From an uncultured Planctomycetia bacterium (GTDB taxonomy: Bacteria > Omnitrophota > Gorgyraeia > Gorgyraeales > Gorgyraeaceae), in the NCBI GenBank assembly GCA_964415355.1, contig CAYPYS010000006.1, forward strand, positions 752-64,751: a DNA stretch of 64,000 bases, written 5' to 3'. Of this stretch, positions 18,692-28,585 are shown one piece after another. The notes beneath the pieces were generated by a model. That model was given only the letters and a program-made list of their open reading frames with translations, did not search any database and had not been told where the DNA came from. Each line of letters starts with the position of its first letter. Position 1 is the first letter of the stretch. The position numbers were made by a program, and so were the translations under genes.

Positions 18692-20602
18692 ATGTGCGGG
18701 ATTGCAGGAGTCTTATATAGGGATAATAGGAAGGTAGATCAAGGGGTCCTCAAGCGGATGACTGACACCTTGATACACAGAGGTCCTGATGACGAGGGTT
18801 TTTATATTAACAGGTCTGGGAATCTAGGGCTGGGGTTTAGGAGGCTGAGTATCATAGATCTTGTCACTGGGCATCAACCTGTTCCGAACGAAGATAAAAC
18901 AATTTGGACGGTCTTAAACGGAGAGATATATAATTTTATAGAAATCAGAGAGCAGTTAGAGAAAAAAGGTCATATATTCAGCACAAAGGGCGATGCTGAA
19001 GTACTCGTGCATTTGTATGAGGATAAAGGCATTGATTGCCTGCATGATTTAAGAGGGATGTTTGCATTTTGTATATGGGATGATAGGAATAATTTGTTGT
19101 TTATGGCGAGGGATAGGGCAGGCAAAAAACCTCTTGCTTATCTGCAGAAAAACGGATGCATGATCTTTGCTTCAGAGATAAAGGCCATATTGCAACATCC
19201 TGATGTTAGTGCGGAACTTGACATGGGTTCGATGGATCACTATCTGACCTATGGATATTCTTTGCCTGGGAGCTCTATGTTTTCCGGGATAAAAAAGCTT
19301 CCACCCGCACATTATCTTATTTGTGACAAAAACGGAATAAAGATAAAGAGATATTGGGGGTTGAATTATGAAGATAAGTTAAGGTTAAAAGAAGAAGATT
19401 ATGCGGATCTGATTTTAAATAAATTAAGAGAGGCGACGAAGCTTAGGATGATAAGCGATGTTCCTCTTGGCGCATTGTTGAGCGGAGGAGTGGATTCGAG
19501 TGCAGTAGTAGCTTTGATGAGCGAGGTATCCAGTAGACCCGTAAAGACTTTTTCTATAGGATTCAACGAGAAGAACTATAGTGAGTTAGATTACGCAAGA
19601 TTGATCTCAAAGAGATTTAATACCGAACATTATGAATTTGTCGTAAAACCTGATGTCTTGGGTCTTCTTCCGAAGCTGGTGTGGCATTATAATGAGCCGT
19701 TCGGTGACTCTTCCTGTATACCTACGTATTATGTGGCAAATATGGCGAGAAGGCATGTTACTGTGGCGCTTAACGGAGACGGAGGAGATGAGTCATTCGC
19801 TGGATACGAAAGGTATATAGGCTTAAAATTTTCAGAACTCTTTAAAATTATACCAGCGCCGCTTTTGAAATTCTCATATTCTATGTTAACTGGCATAAAT
19901 CGCGTTGCGAATAAGAGCGAGACATCGAGGTTTTCAAAAATATGTATGTATATCAAGATACTCTCGGATTATAAAAAGAGATATATTTATCCTAGATTTA
20001 TATCTTATTTTACCCCGGAAGAAAAGGAGTTTTTATATAATGAAGAATTCAAGAGAAGGAATAATCTTGGCTACTCTTTTGATTTCTTGGCAGATGTAAT
20101 GGATGGTTTTCAAGGCAGGGATACAGTGAATAGGGCAATGGCTACTGATATACTTACGTATTTACCCGAAGACCTTCTGGTGAAGATGGATATAGCTGCA
20201 ATGGCCAATTCGTTAGAAGGGAGATCTCCTTTTCTTGATCATAAGGTTATGGAGGCAGCTTCGAGAATCCCATCGAACTTAAAACTTAGAGGCATCATGA
20301 CAAAATATATATTGAAAAAATCTTTACAACCCATAGTGCCCAAGCAAGTTCTTTATAGAAAAAAAATGGGGTTTGGCGTGCCTCTCCCGAGTTGGTTCAG
20401 AAATGATTTAAAAGGATTTATCCAGGATATCTTGCTTTCCGATGAATTCATAAAGAGGGGATTTTTTAATAAGGTATTTATTAAGAAAGTGCTTGATGAT
20501 CATATATCAGGCAGGCGGAATAATGCTAATAAGATATGGGCGTTATTGAATTTTGAGCTCTGGCACAGAATGTTTATTGATAAATCATGGACATATTCTT
20601 AG
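18692..20602 (+). CDS. asparagine synthetase B-family glutamine amidotransferase (probable sugar/uronate amidotransferase)
   Basis: N-terminal MCGIAG Ntn Cys; SGGVDSS PP-loop; 636 aa. Confidence 0.8.
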   Translation: MCGIAGVLYRDNRKVDQGVLKRMTDTLIHRGPDDEGFYINRSGNLGLGFRRLSIIDLVTGHQPVPNEDKTIWTVLNGEIYNFIEIREQLEKKGHIFSTKGDAEVLVHLYEDKGIDCLHDLRGMFAFCIWDDRNNLLFMARDRAGKKPLAYLQKNGCMIFASEIKAILQHPDVSAELDMGSMDHYLTYGYSLPGSSMFSGIKKLPPAHYLICDKNGIKIKRYWGLNYEDKLRLKEEDYADLILNKLREATKLRMISDVPLGALLSGGVDSSAVVALMSEVSSRPVKTFSIGFNEKNYSELDYARLISKRFNTEHYEFVVKPDVLGLLPKLVWHYNEPFGDSSCIPTYYVANMARRHVTVALNGDGGDESFAGYERYIGLKFSELFKIIPAPLLKFSYSMLTGINRVANKSETSRFSKICMYIKILSDYKKRYIYPRFISYFTPEEKEFLYNEEFKRRNNLGYSFDFLADVMDGFQGRDTVNRAMATDILTYLPEDLLVKMDIAAMANSLEGRSPFLDHKVMEAASRIPSNLKLRGIMTKYILKKSLQPIVPKQVLYRKKMGFGVPLPSWFRNDLKGFIQDILLSDEFIKRGFFNKVFIKKVLDDHISGRRNNANKIWALLNFELWHRMFIDKSWTYS

Positions 20603-20603
20603 T

Positions 20604-20644
20604 CTTAAGTTTACATTTTAACGTTGTTGAAATGTAAACTTAAA
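20604..20644. repeat. 41-bp palindromic element, copy 7
   Basis: cttaagtttacattttaacgttgttgaaatgtaaacttaa. Confidence 0.9.
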
Positions 20645-20653
20645 AGGGGAGTT

Positions 20654-21346
20654 ATGAAGCTGTCGATAATAATACCTGTTTTTAATGAGAAAGATACGAT
20701 TCTTCCGGTTCTTGATAAGATCCAAAAGGCCTATTCTGGAGAAAAAGAGATAATTATAATAGACGATTATTCTAGTGATGGCACAAGGGAGTTGCTGACC
20801 GAATATTGCAGCAGGCGCGATCATATACGTTTGAGTTTCAACGAAGCAAATTACGGAAAAGGCAGAAGCATACGAAATGGATTGTTGCATGCGACCGGTG
20901 ATTTCGTAGTAATACAGGATGCGGATTTAGAGCTCGATCCAAGTGAATACAATAAATTAATAGCTTTTGGCGTAGAAGAAAAAGGGTCTGATGTAGTATT
21001 TGGTTCGAGGTTTCTCGAGTCAAAAAAAGGAAATGTACCTATAAACAGAGTGGCTGCGAATAAGATACTCACTTCCATGATCAATATCTTGTATGGCAGC
21101 AGGTTAACGGATATCATGACCTGTTATAAATTGATAAAGAGAGACGTGTTTTTGTCGTTGGGCCTGAAATGCGATAGGTTTGATATAGAGGCAGAGATAA
21201 CGTGCAAACTCCTCAAAAAAGGCATTGGAATATCAGAGGTACCAATAGATTATAATCCAAGAAGTTGGGAACAAGGAAAGAAGATACGGGCCAAAGATTT
21301 TTTCAATGTAAGTAAAGCTATTTTTAAATACAGATTTTCAGATTAA
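20654..21346 (+). CDS. GT2 polyprenyl-phosphate sugar synthase-like (DPM1/ArnC-like, soluble)
   Basis: MKLSIIIPVFNEKDTI...IIDDYSSDGT...DADLELDP; ATG at 20654 with RBS aaaagggga; the track's upstream extension is repeat-encoded. Confidence 0.65.
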   Translation: MKLSIIIPVFNEKDTILPVLDKIQKAYSGEKEIIIIDDYSSDGTRELLTEYCSRRDHIRLSFNEANYGKGRSIRNGLLHATGDFVVIQDADLELDPSEYNKLIAFGVEEKGSDVVFGSRFLESKKGNVPINRVAANKILTSMINILYGSRLTDIMTCYKLIKRDVFLSLGLKCDRFDIEAEITCKLLKKGIGISEVPIDYNPRSWEQGKKIRAKDFFNVSKAIFKYRFSD

Positions 21347-21366
21347 AAGGATATAGAGTGTAAGTT

Positions 21367-22785
21367 ATGCTATTCAATTCTTTACAATTTGCCGGATTCT
21401 TCATTATAGTCTATTGCCTTTATTTAGCTATGAATCATAAATGGCAAAACAGAATGCTTCTTATAGCTAGTTTTATTTTTTATGGCGCATGGGATTGGAG
21501 ATTTCTATTTTTAATGTTCGTTACTATAATCACGGACTATTTCTGTGCACTCAAGATAGACGAATCAAAAGAAGATAAAACAAAAAAAAGATTTTTGTTT
21601 TTAGGGATATTCGTAAACCTGCTTATATTGAGTTTCTTTAAATATTTCAATTTCTTTGCCACGAGTCTCCAGGGGTTATTCGGCTATTTTGGTTTTTCTG
21701 CCAACCCGAAACTTCTCAATATAATACTTCCTGTCGGTATATCTTTTTATACATTTCAGGCGTTGAGCTATATCATAGATGTCTATAGAGGAGATATAAG
21801 ACCTACAAAGAGTCTTAGAGATTGCGCGCTTTTTATTTCTTATTTTCCACAGCTTGTAGCCGGGCCTATCATGAGGGCAAAAGACCTTCTTCCTCAGGTC
21901 ATTAGGCCGAGAAAATTATCACTCGAGAAATTTTATGAAGGATGCTACCTTATTTTCTGGGGCCTTTTTCTGAAGATCTTCGTTGCAGATAATCTGGCAA
22001 CTATAGTAAATCCAGTGTTTGCATCTCAGGGGCCTTACAATGCAGCGAGAGTGCTTATAGCGTTATATGCATTTGCATTTCAGATATACTGTGATTTTGC
22101 AGGGTATTCCAATATAGCCAGGGGCCTTGGTAAGTGCATGGGGTTTGATATTATGGTTAACTTTAATCTACCGTATTTTGCTACTAACCCCAGTGATTTT
22201 TGGAAAAGGTGGCACATAAGCTTATCAACTTGGCTTAGGGATTACTTGTATATACCTTTAGGAGGCAACAGGGTATCTGGATTTATTACTTATAGGAATC
22301 TGGCAATAACTATGCTCTTGGGTGGCCTTTGGCATGGAGCTGCATGGACATTTGTTATCTGGGGGGCTTATCATGGCTTGTTGCTTATCATACATAGATC
22401 GCTTAAACCAGTACTTGCAAAACTCCCTGTCCCCAGGAATCCCGTTTTGGAAAGGGCATGGTTTTTTCTGCGCGTTATTTTCTTTTTTCACTTTACCTGC
22501 CTGGGTTGGTTGATCTTCAGGGCTGAATCTGCAGGGCAGATATTTAGTATGCTCGGTAGCTTTGTTTCTGGTTTTAATCTTGGTTCGAATATGGGTCTTT
22601 TTAGCCTAGTCCGATTGATCTGGTTACTGACATTAGTACAATTTATCCAGTTTATAAGGAGGGATAAGATGGTTATATATAGATCAGGGGTAATAGTTAA
22701 AGCAGCATTTTATATAGTCTGTTTTTATTCTATGATAATATTTGGAGTAAATAGTGGAAAAGAATTTATCTACTTTCAATTTTAA
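21367..22785 (+). CDS. MBOAT-family membrane O-acyltransferase (AlgI/DltB-like)
   Basis: polytopic; FYTFQALSYIIDVYRG; WHISLSTWLRDYLYIPLGGNR; conserved His. Confidence 0.8.
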   Translation: MLFNSLQFAGFFIIVYCLYLAMNHKWQNRMLLIASFIFYGAWDWRFLFLMFVTIITDYFCALKIDESKEDKTKKRFLFLGIFVNLLILSFFKYFNFFATSLQGLFGYFGFSANPKLLNIILPVGISFYTFQALSYIIDVYRGDIRPTKSLRDCALFISYFPQLVAGPIMRAKDLLPQVIRPRKLSLEKFYEGCYLIFWGLFLKIFVADNLATIVNPVFASQGPYNAARVLIALYAFAFQIYCDFAGYSNIARGLGKCMGFDIMVNFNLPYFATNPSDFWKRWHISLSTWLRDYLYIPLGGNRVSGFITYRNLAITMLLGGLWHGAAWTFVIWGAYHGLLLIIHRSLKPVLAKLPVPRNPVLERAWFFLRVIFFFHFTCLGWLIFRAESAGQIFSMLGSFVSGFNLGSNMGLFSLVRLIWLLTLVQFIQFIRRDKMVIYRSGVIVKAAFYIVCFYSMIIFGVNSGKEFIYFQF

Positions 22786-23929
22786 GAGATTGCCAGGCGC
22801 ATTTCTTATTGCACTTTCGATTATAGTTATTGTTTATTTTGTCGAGATCTTTATATTGCCAATTAACTTTTTTACTTTTAGAACCTGGGAGGCCTTAATG
22901 GTAAAAGGCCTTCTTCCCGGAGAATTTTATCCTAATATGAAGATATCGATGATTGAAACAGGAGACTTGGGACATCATACTAAATTTGCTGTAGAGAAAG
23001 AAGTAGAGTGGGAGACTGATCGTTATGGATATAGGAAACACGATATAGGAACAATTAGACATCGAATAGTAATTCTTGGAGATTCTGCTGTAGCAGGAAC
23101 AGCGCTTACTCAAGAAGACATGCTTTCAGAGGTTTTGGAGCGAAGACTAAAGGTTAGCGTCTATCCCTTTACTCCTTCTAGGTATCCCCTAGTAGATAGT
23201 TTTTTAAATGAAAAGCGTTTTATTGATAATCCTCCAGATGTAGTCATTCTAGAGAGGATTGAAAAAAAGATACCGGAGTTGTCCGTTTTCAAACTGGATT
23301 TTGAGGCAGGGCACAGATATTCCTGGCTAGAGCGAGGCTGGAAAGATTTTCTAGGCAAACATCAAGATCTTGCAGTATTACTCGACAGGATCTACAAAAA
23401 TAATATGGGTAATTATTTTAAGAGCAGACTCGAAATTATGATCCAGCACCCTGTACAACTGGTTATCAAGCCGAGCCAGAGACATGATTCACCTAGTGCT
23501 GTACGTGGTACAGCAGATAATGGCATGCTCTTTTTGAAAGAGACGGTTGACAGTATGGCTACTGGAATAGATATCTTACCCGAAGACATAGATAGGATCG
23601 CAGAAACCATAGATTCTTATGACAAAGCGTTTAGAAAAATGGGTATTAATTTTGTTTTCATGCCTGTGCCGAACAAGGAGAGTGTTTATTACGAAGAGTT
23701 ACCTATCGAAGATAACAAAAAGCCGAGATTTCTCAAAGACTTGGTCTTGAAATTACGACACAGAGGAGTAGAGGTAATCGATGTGCAGCAGGCTCTTGAG
23801 GAAGCATCTCGAAAAAATAATATCTTGCTTTATCATACAGATGACACGCACTGGAATGCAGAAGGCATAAAGATAGTAGCTGATTTAATCGAGCAAAGGT
23901 TGTACCATATGGGATTTGACTCAAAATGA
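22754..23929 (+). CDS. membrane-anchored SGNH/AlgJ-AlgX-like O-acetylation partner protein
   Basis: single N-terminal TM helix; C-terminal HTDDTHWN motif as in AlgJ/AlgX-type proteins; position immediately after MBOAT. Confidence 0.45.
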   Translation: MEKNLSTFNFKRLPGAFLIALSIIVIVYFVEIFILPINFFTFRTWEALMVKGLLPGEFYPNMKISMIETGDLGHHTKFAVEKEVEWETDRYGYRKHDIGTIRHRIVILGDSAVAGTALTQEDMLSEVLERRLKVSVYPFTPSRYPLVDSFLNEKRFIDNPPDVVILERIEKKIPELSVFKLDFEAGHRYSWLERGWKDFLGKHQDLAVLLDRIYKNNMGNYFKSRLEIMIQHPVQLVIKPSQRHDSPSAVRGTADNGMLFLKETVDSMATGIDILPEDIDRIAETIDSYDKAFRKMGINFVFMPVPNKESVYYEELPIEDNKKPRFLKDLVLKLRHRGVEVIDVQQALEEASRKNNILLYHTDDTHWNAEGIKIVADLIEQRLYHMGFDSK

Positions 23930-25605
23930 CAAGAAGGGAGCACCTGGTGAACAAAAGGACATTTTTGATATGCTTTTTTATTGTGTTGATATTGGCCTCT
24001 TTTCTGAGATTTACCGGACTAAGAGATAGAGGTATATTTTTATGCGACGAAGGCGATTATCTTGCAGGGGGTCGCACGGTCGTAGCTGCACTTGATTTTG
24101 CTTTTAAAAGAATATTCAGTTCAGGAGAAACAGGTATTTCTTTTTCTGAATACCTATCTGAACATGGAGGAGGTTATGCCTCGGCAGTAAAACCTGGATA
24201 TTATCTTCTGGTCGCAATATCTTTTTTGGTAGGAGGCGTACATGATTATTCGGTTCTTTATCTTTCGGCTATATTGGGACTTTTGACTATATTGGTGACG
24301 TCTCTTATAGGGGGGCTTTTGTATAATAGGCGCGTTGCGCTTTATGCTGCTATACTTTTAAGCTTTTCGGTGTACCATATAAATTATTCCCGTTCGACTT
24401 TTTCTGTAGCTGCTGTCGCGTTTTTCCTGTATTTGGGCGTGTATTTCATATTGAAATACTTCAAGGATCTTAAGGCTTCGCATAAAGATAATCCTGTGAG
24501 TTTGATATTAGGCGGGTTTGCTCTGGGTTATTCGTTTTCGTGTCATTATAATTTGTTAGCAACTATAGGCATTATGTTTTTGATCTGCGGATTCTTTTTA
24601 TTTAAATATTCAAAATTAGGTCGCTTAAAACATCTTATCGTATCATTTATTACCCCTCTTGTTTTGCTGGAAATACCTTATTGGGCAGTGAAATATCTGA
24701 CTAGAGGGATGACTGGGGTCACGACAGGCAAGCCATATGCCATAAAGAGTTATTTTGAGCAACTCACTTTTATTTTCAATAAAACGTTTTTTTATACCAA
24801 TAGACCTCAGGCCCCGTTTTTTTCTTATACTGATTTATTGCTTAAGACAGAAGGCGCAGTGGTTGTTTTATTATTTTTGGTAAGTTGTATTTTTATTATT
24901 AAGCGGGATTGGTTTAGAAGAGAAACGGCAGGAGCAGTTTTTTTATTTACCATGGGCCCCCTTATGTTTGTCTTTTTTTCCATGCTTGGCGAAAAAGCAC
25001 CGCGTACCATATTATCTGTTATACCGGCTTTTTGTGTAATAGCGGCGTTATTCCTGGCCGATTTTGAAAAAAGAGTCATTAAGATATTTAAAAACAGATA
25101 TATTGGTTATGGGCTTTTGGTTTTGCCTGTATGGCTTTGTATTATTTTTAGCCAGTTTTTCAATTCCCTCGATTATATAAAATTCAGGTCTCCTTATGTA
25201 AAGGCAATAGAGTTCATAAAAAGACAAGGTGATTATAAACATTTTTCAACCAGTCCGCCTGTTTCAGTGTTTTATGCTGGACTTAAGAATGCAAGTCCTT
25301 ATTGGGATATGAAACTGGAAGAGGCAAAGAGATTATATAGTAAAGAGGGCTATAGGTTTCTTATATTAGAGGTAGGGGAAGAAGGGCAGAGATATAGACA
25401 TGAGCTAGTAGATGTAGTTCTTAGGTCTGGCGTAAGGCCTGCGTTTGAAATTTTCTATAATCCTTTGCCGCTTGCACTGGAAGATCTTTTTTTCTATACA
25501 TATAAAAAAGGAGAGCCGGTTATTATTTATCATAGATACGAGAAAGATAAGCCCGGAGTTTATCCGAGTGTAAGAGTGATAGACCTTAAAGATATATTCG
25601 GATAG
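23926..25605 (+). CDS. GT-C-fold membrane glycosyltransferase (ArnT/PMT-like)
   Basis: about 12 TM helices; DEGDY acidic motif in first loop (CDEGDYLAGG) typical of GT39/GT83. Confidence 0.45.
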   Translation: MTRREHLVNKRTFLICFFIVLILASFLRFTGLRDRGIFLCDEGDYLAGGRTVVAALDFAFKRIFSSGETGISFSEYLSEHGGGYASAVKPGYYLLVAISFLVGGVHDYSVLYLSAILGLLTILVTSLIGGLLYNRRVALYAAILLSFSVYHINYSRSTFSVAAVAFFLYLGVYFILKYFKDLKASHKDNPVSLILGGFALGYSFSCHYNLLATIGIMFLICGFFLFKYSKLGRLKHLIVSFITPLVLLEIPYWAVKYLTRGMTGVTTGKPYAIKSYFEQLTFIFNKTFFYTNRPQAPFFSYTDLLLKTEGAVVVLLFLVSCIFIIKRDWFRRETAGAVFLFTMGPLMFVFFSMLGEKAPRTILSVIPAFCVIAALFLADFEKRVIKIFKNRYIGYGLLVLPVWLCIIFSQFFNSLDYIKFRSPYVKAIEFIKRQGDYKHFSTSPPVSVFYAGLKNASPYWDMKLEEAKRLYSKEGYRFLILEVGEEGQRYRHELVDVVLRSGVRPAFEIFYNPLPLALEDLFFYTYKKGEPVIIYHRYEKDKPGVYPSVRVIDLKDIFG

Positions 25606-25613
25606 GAGTTTTT

Positions 25614-26309
25614 ATGCATGATTATGACGAGTCTTGGAGTCAATGGCTAGATTGCGAAAAATACGGACCTACGTTGCGTCATCAAAGAAGAAATATAGAA
25701 TTTCTTTTAAAGGATCTTGATTATAAGTCTATCTTGGATGTAGGTAGCGGTAGCGGCGATAATCTGTATCATATGCTGAATGCTAAGAAGGTCGAAGACG
25801 TATGTCTTATAGATGTTTCTTCCAAGGCTTTGGCTAGAGCAAGGACATTGGTACCTGGAGCCAGGCTTGTCCAGCTGGATATACAGAAAGAGAGCGTTGA
25901 TCGTAGGTTTGATATGGTTCTTTGTTGTGATGTATTGGAGCATATACCTAATGATGCAGCTGCATTAAAGAATATAAGAAATATGTCAGATAAATACTTT
26001 GTGCTTTCCACCCTTTCTGGAAAAATGCGCGAATCAGAAAAGCATGTTGGACATGTAAGAAATTACACGTTGGATGGTCTTTTGAGTAAATTAAAAGAAG
26101 CTCGCTTTAAGCCAGTGAAGGTGATAAGGTGGGGATTTCCTTTTTATTCGCCGTTATATCGCAATCTCTGGAATAGATTGCCTCAAGAAATAAATTATGG
26201 AAAATTTGGCTGGTTCAGAAGAGTATGCGCGCAGATGTTATATCTTTTATTTATATTGAATTCTAGGACAAAAGGAGACTACCTTTTTATTTTATGCGAA
26301 TCAGTCTAA
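25614..26309 (+). CDS. class I SAM-dependent methyltransferase
   Basis: ILDVGSGSGDN; VLCCDVLEHI. Confidence 0.65.
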   Translation: MHDYDESWSQWLDCEKYGPTLRHQRRNIEFLLKDLDYKSILDVGSGSGDNLYHMLNAKKVEDVCLIDVSSKALARARTLVPGARLVQLDIQKESVDRRFDMVLCCDVLEHIPNDAAALKNIRNMSDKYFVLSTLSGKMRESEKHVGHVRNYTLDGLLSKLKEARFKPVKVIRWGFPFYSPLYRNLWNRLPQEINYGKFGWFRRVCAQMLYLLFILNSRTKGDYLFILCESV

Positions 26310-26350
26310 GATAAGTTTACATTTTAACGTTGTTGAAATGTAAACTTAAG
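26310..26350. repeat. 41-bp palindromic element, copy 8
   Basis: gataagtttacattttaacgttgttgaaatgtaaacttaag. Confidence 0.9.
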
Positions 26351-26378
26351 CGAAAGAGGGATAGCAATAGGAGATGAT

Positions 26379-27074
26379 ATGAAACAAAGATGGCAGAAGA
26401 TGACGGATGGTCTCATTGGAAAAAGGGAATATTTTTTGATAGATACTACGATCTATAGTTTTTACAAGGAGATCACGCGTTATATAGATAAATACGTGAA
26501 AGGCGATGTCCTGGATGCAGGGGCAGGCAGGCTTGCTTTTAAGTATTTGTTAACAGGAAAAGCAAAGAGATATTATGCCATGGATAAATATATTGCCAGG
26601 CAGGGACTGGACATAGTAGGTGACTTGAACTCAAGCCCTTTTAAGAAGCATGCATTCGATACTATAACATGCCTTCAAGTGATAGAGCATGCTAAAGATC
26701 CGGTAAGTATTATAGAGAATCTGGCGGATTCATTGAAAGACAATGGCGTGCTTATAATTTCAGCACCGCATGTCTCATATTTACATAGCGAACCAGAGGA
26801 TTATTATAGATACACGAAGTATGGATTGCATCATATTGCTGAAAAAAACGGGCTTGAGGTACTGGGGATCAGCGTAGCAGGAAGCATATTCGGTTTTTTG
26901 TTTACTCCTATATCGGATTTTTTGCTCTCATATACATATAAGGTGCCGGTAATATTTAATTTAGTATTTTTTGTGAATAGCCTTTTTGTGCGCTCTATAT
27001 GTAAGCTGGACGAGTGGTTTTTTAGAAATTGCATCATGCCGACTAATTATATCATGGTGGCGAGAAAAAAATAA
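26379..27074 (+). CDS. class I SAM-dependent methyltransferase
   Basis: VLDAGAGRLAFKYL; ITCLQVIEHAKDP. Confidence 0.65.
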   Translation: MKQRWQKMTDGLIGKREYFLIDTTIYSFYKEITRYIDKYVKGDVLDAGAGRLAFKYLLTGKAKRYYAMDKYIARQGLDIVGDLNSSPFKKHAFDTITCLQVIEHAKDPVSIIENLADSLKDNGVLIISAPHVSYLHSEPEDYYRYTKYGLHHIAEKNGLEVLGISVAGSIFGFLFTPISDFLLSYTYKVPVIFNLVFFVNSLFVRSICKLDEWFFRNCIMPTNYIMVARKK

Positions 27075-27094
27075 CCTTAAGAAATTATCGTAGG

Positions 27095-28585
27095 ATGAAG
27101 ATTACACTTTTTTGCATAGGTTCGAATTTTACATGTATAGGCCCCAGGAGGATATCTTCTTATTTGAGGTCGAAGGGAATAAAGGTCAAGATAGTTTTTG
27201 TCCAAACAGATCGTAATCTTAAGATTTTACTTGAAGGAGATTGCAAGAAAGATTTGCTGGGCATGGTAAAGGATGATATAGCTGTGGGCATGTCTTTTAC
27301 TTCTAATTACCTAAATGTTGCCGAGACCTTGACCGCGTTAATAAAAAAGCATATGCCTATCCCGGTAATTTGGGGCGGGGTGCATGCGACTGTTTCTCCG
27401 GAGGAGTCACTTAATGTTTGCGATGCTGTTTGTCTGGGAGAAGGAGAAGATCCGATCTTAGAATTTCTTGAGGGTGGAGCCGATATAAAGGGTAATAACC
27501 GGATAGATAATATATGGCTGAGATCGGGTGATCAGATAATAAAGAATAAACAGAGGCCGCTAAGAGTCAATCTCGATCGATTACCTTATCAGGATTACGA
27601 CATCGAAAATCACTTTATTTTAGAAAATCAGCGTCTAAGACATCTCCAGCGTAACGACCTGAAGAGAAATTACGGTTTTTCTCTTACGCGAATGATGACA
27701 TTCGGCTGTCCCTTCAGTTGCACGTATTGCGTAAACAGCAGATATAAATCATTGGATAAGGGAAATTCAAGAATAAGGTCCTATTCAGTGGACTATTTTA
27801 TAGGAGAGACAAAGGATATTTTAAATAGATTACCTTTTATTAGCTACTTACTGTTTGACGACGATGCCTTTTTAAGCTTATCCTCAAATGCCATTGAAGA
27901 ATTTTGCCAGAAATACAAAAGAGAGATAGGGCTACCGTTTGGCATAGGTGGCATAAAAGCCGAGATGGTAAAAAAAGAAAAACTTGCACCGTTAGTGGAG
28001 GCGGGGTTGATAACAGTAAGGATGGGAATTCAAACTGCTAGCGAGAAAACAAACAGGAATATTTTTCACAGGCAGTTCTCTAGAGAAGAAAACTTGAAGG
28101 CTGTTCAGACATTCAAATCGTTAGGAAAAAAGATAAGGCCTCCTTTTTATGATCTTATTTTGGATAATCCATGGGAAGATACTGATGATAAATTGGAGAC
28201 CCTAGATTTTTTTAGGTCGCTTCCGCTACCCTATTTTTTAAATGTTTTTTCTTTAACTTTTTTTCCCGGGACAGAGTTGTATAAAAGGGCATTGACAGAG
28301 AGACTGATAGGCAATTATGACCCCTATAGGCATTATCATGATTTCAAGAAGACATATTTAAATCTCATGATATTATTTTCGAGTCTTTTCAAGCTACCAG
28401 ACAGTTTATATAAAAGGCTCGCCAGATCAAAAAGAATAAGGAATCAAATTAAGGAGTACCCATTTTTTTATTATATCTACAAGACCTTTGATTTATTATT
28501 TCGTTTAATGTCATATTATACTAACCGTAGATTCATTGCTGTACATATGTGCAAGAGGAGGACGTCCTATGAAACGCAATCCTGA
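27095..28585 (+). CDS. B12-binding domain / radical SAM protein (fourth copy)
   Basis: CPFSCTYC Cx3Cx2C; N-terminal B12-like domain; 496 aa. Confidence 0.7.
   Translation: MKITLFCIGSNFTCIGPRRISSYLRSKGIKVKIVFVQTDRNLKILLEGDCKKDLLGMVKDDIAVGMSFTSNYLNVAETLTALIKKHMPIPVIWGGVHATVSPEESLNVCDAVCLGEGEDPILEFLEGGADIKGNNRIDNIWLRSGDQIIKNKQRPLRVNLDRLPYQDYDIENHFILENQRLRHLQRNDLKRNYGFSLTRMMTFGCPFSCTYCVNSRYKSLDKGNSRIRSYSVDYFIGETKDILNRLPFISYLLFDDDAFLSLSSNAIEEFCQKYKREIGLPFGIGGIKAEMVKKEKLAPLVEAGLITVRMGIQTASEKTNRNIFHRQFSREENLKAVQTFKSLGKKIRPPFYDLILDNPWEDTDDKLETLDFFRSLPLPYFLNVFSLTFFPGTELYKRALTERLIGNYDPYRHYHDFKKTYLNLMILFSSLFKLPDSLYKRLARSKRIRNQIKEYPFFYYIYKTFDLLFRLMSYYTNRRFIAVHMCKRRTSYETQS

Noticed and set aside
20624-20653. 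N-terminal extensions such as MLKCKLKRGV (also at 51401, 49476, 47729, 43858)
   Set aside because: They are encoded by the palindromic repeats, begin at TTG or ATG within the repeat, and precede a better start with an RBS. They are artefacts of ORF calling.
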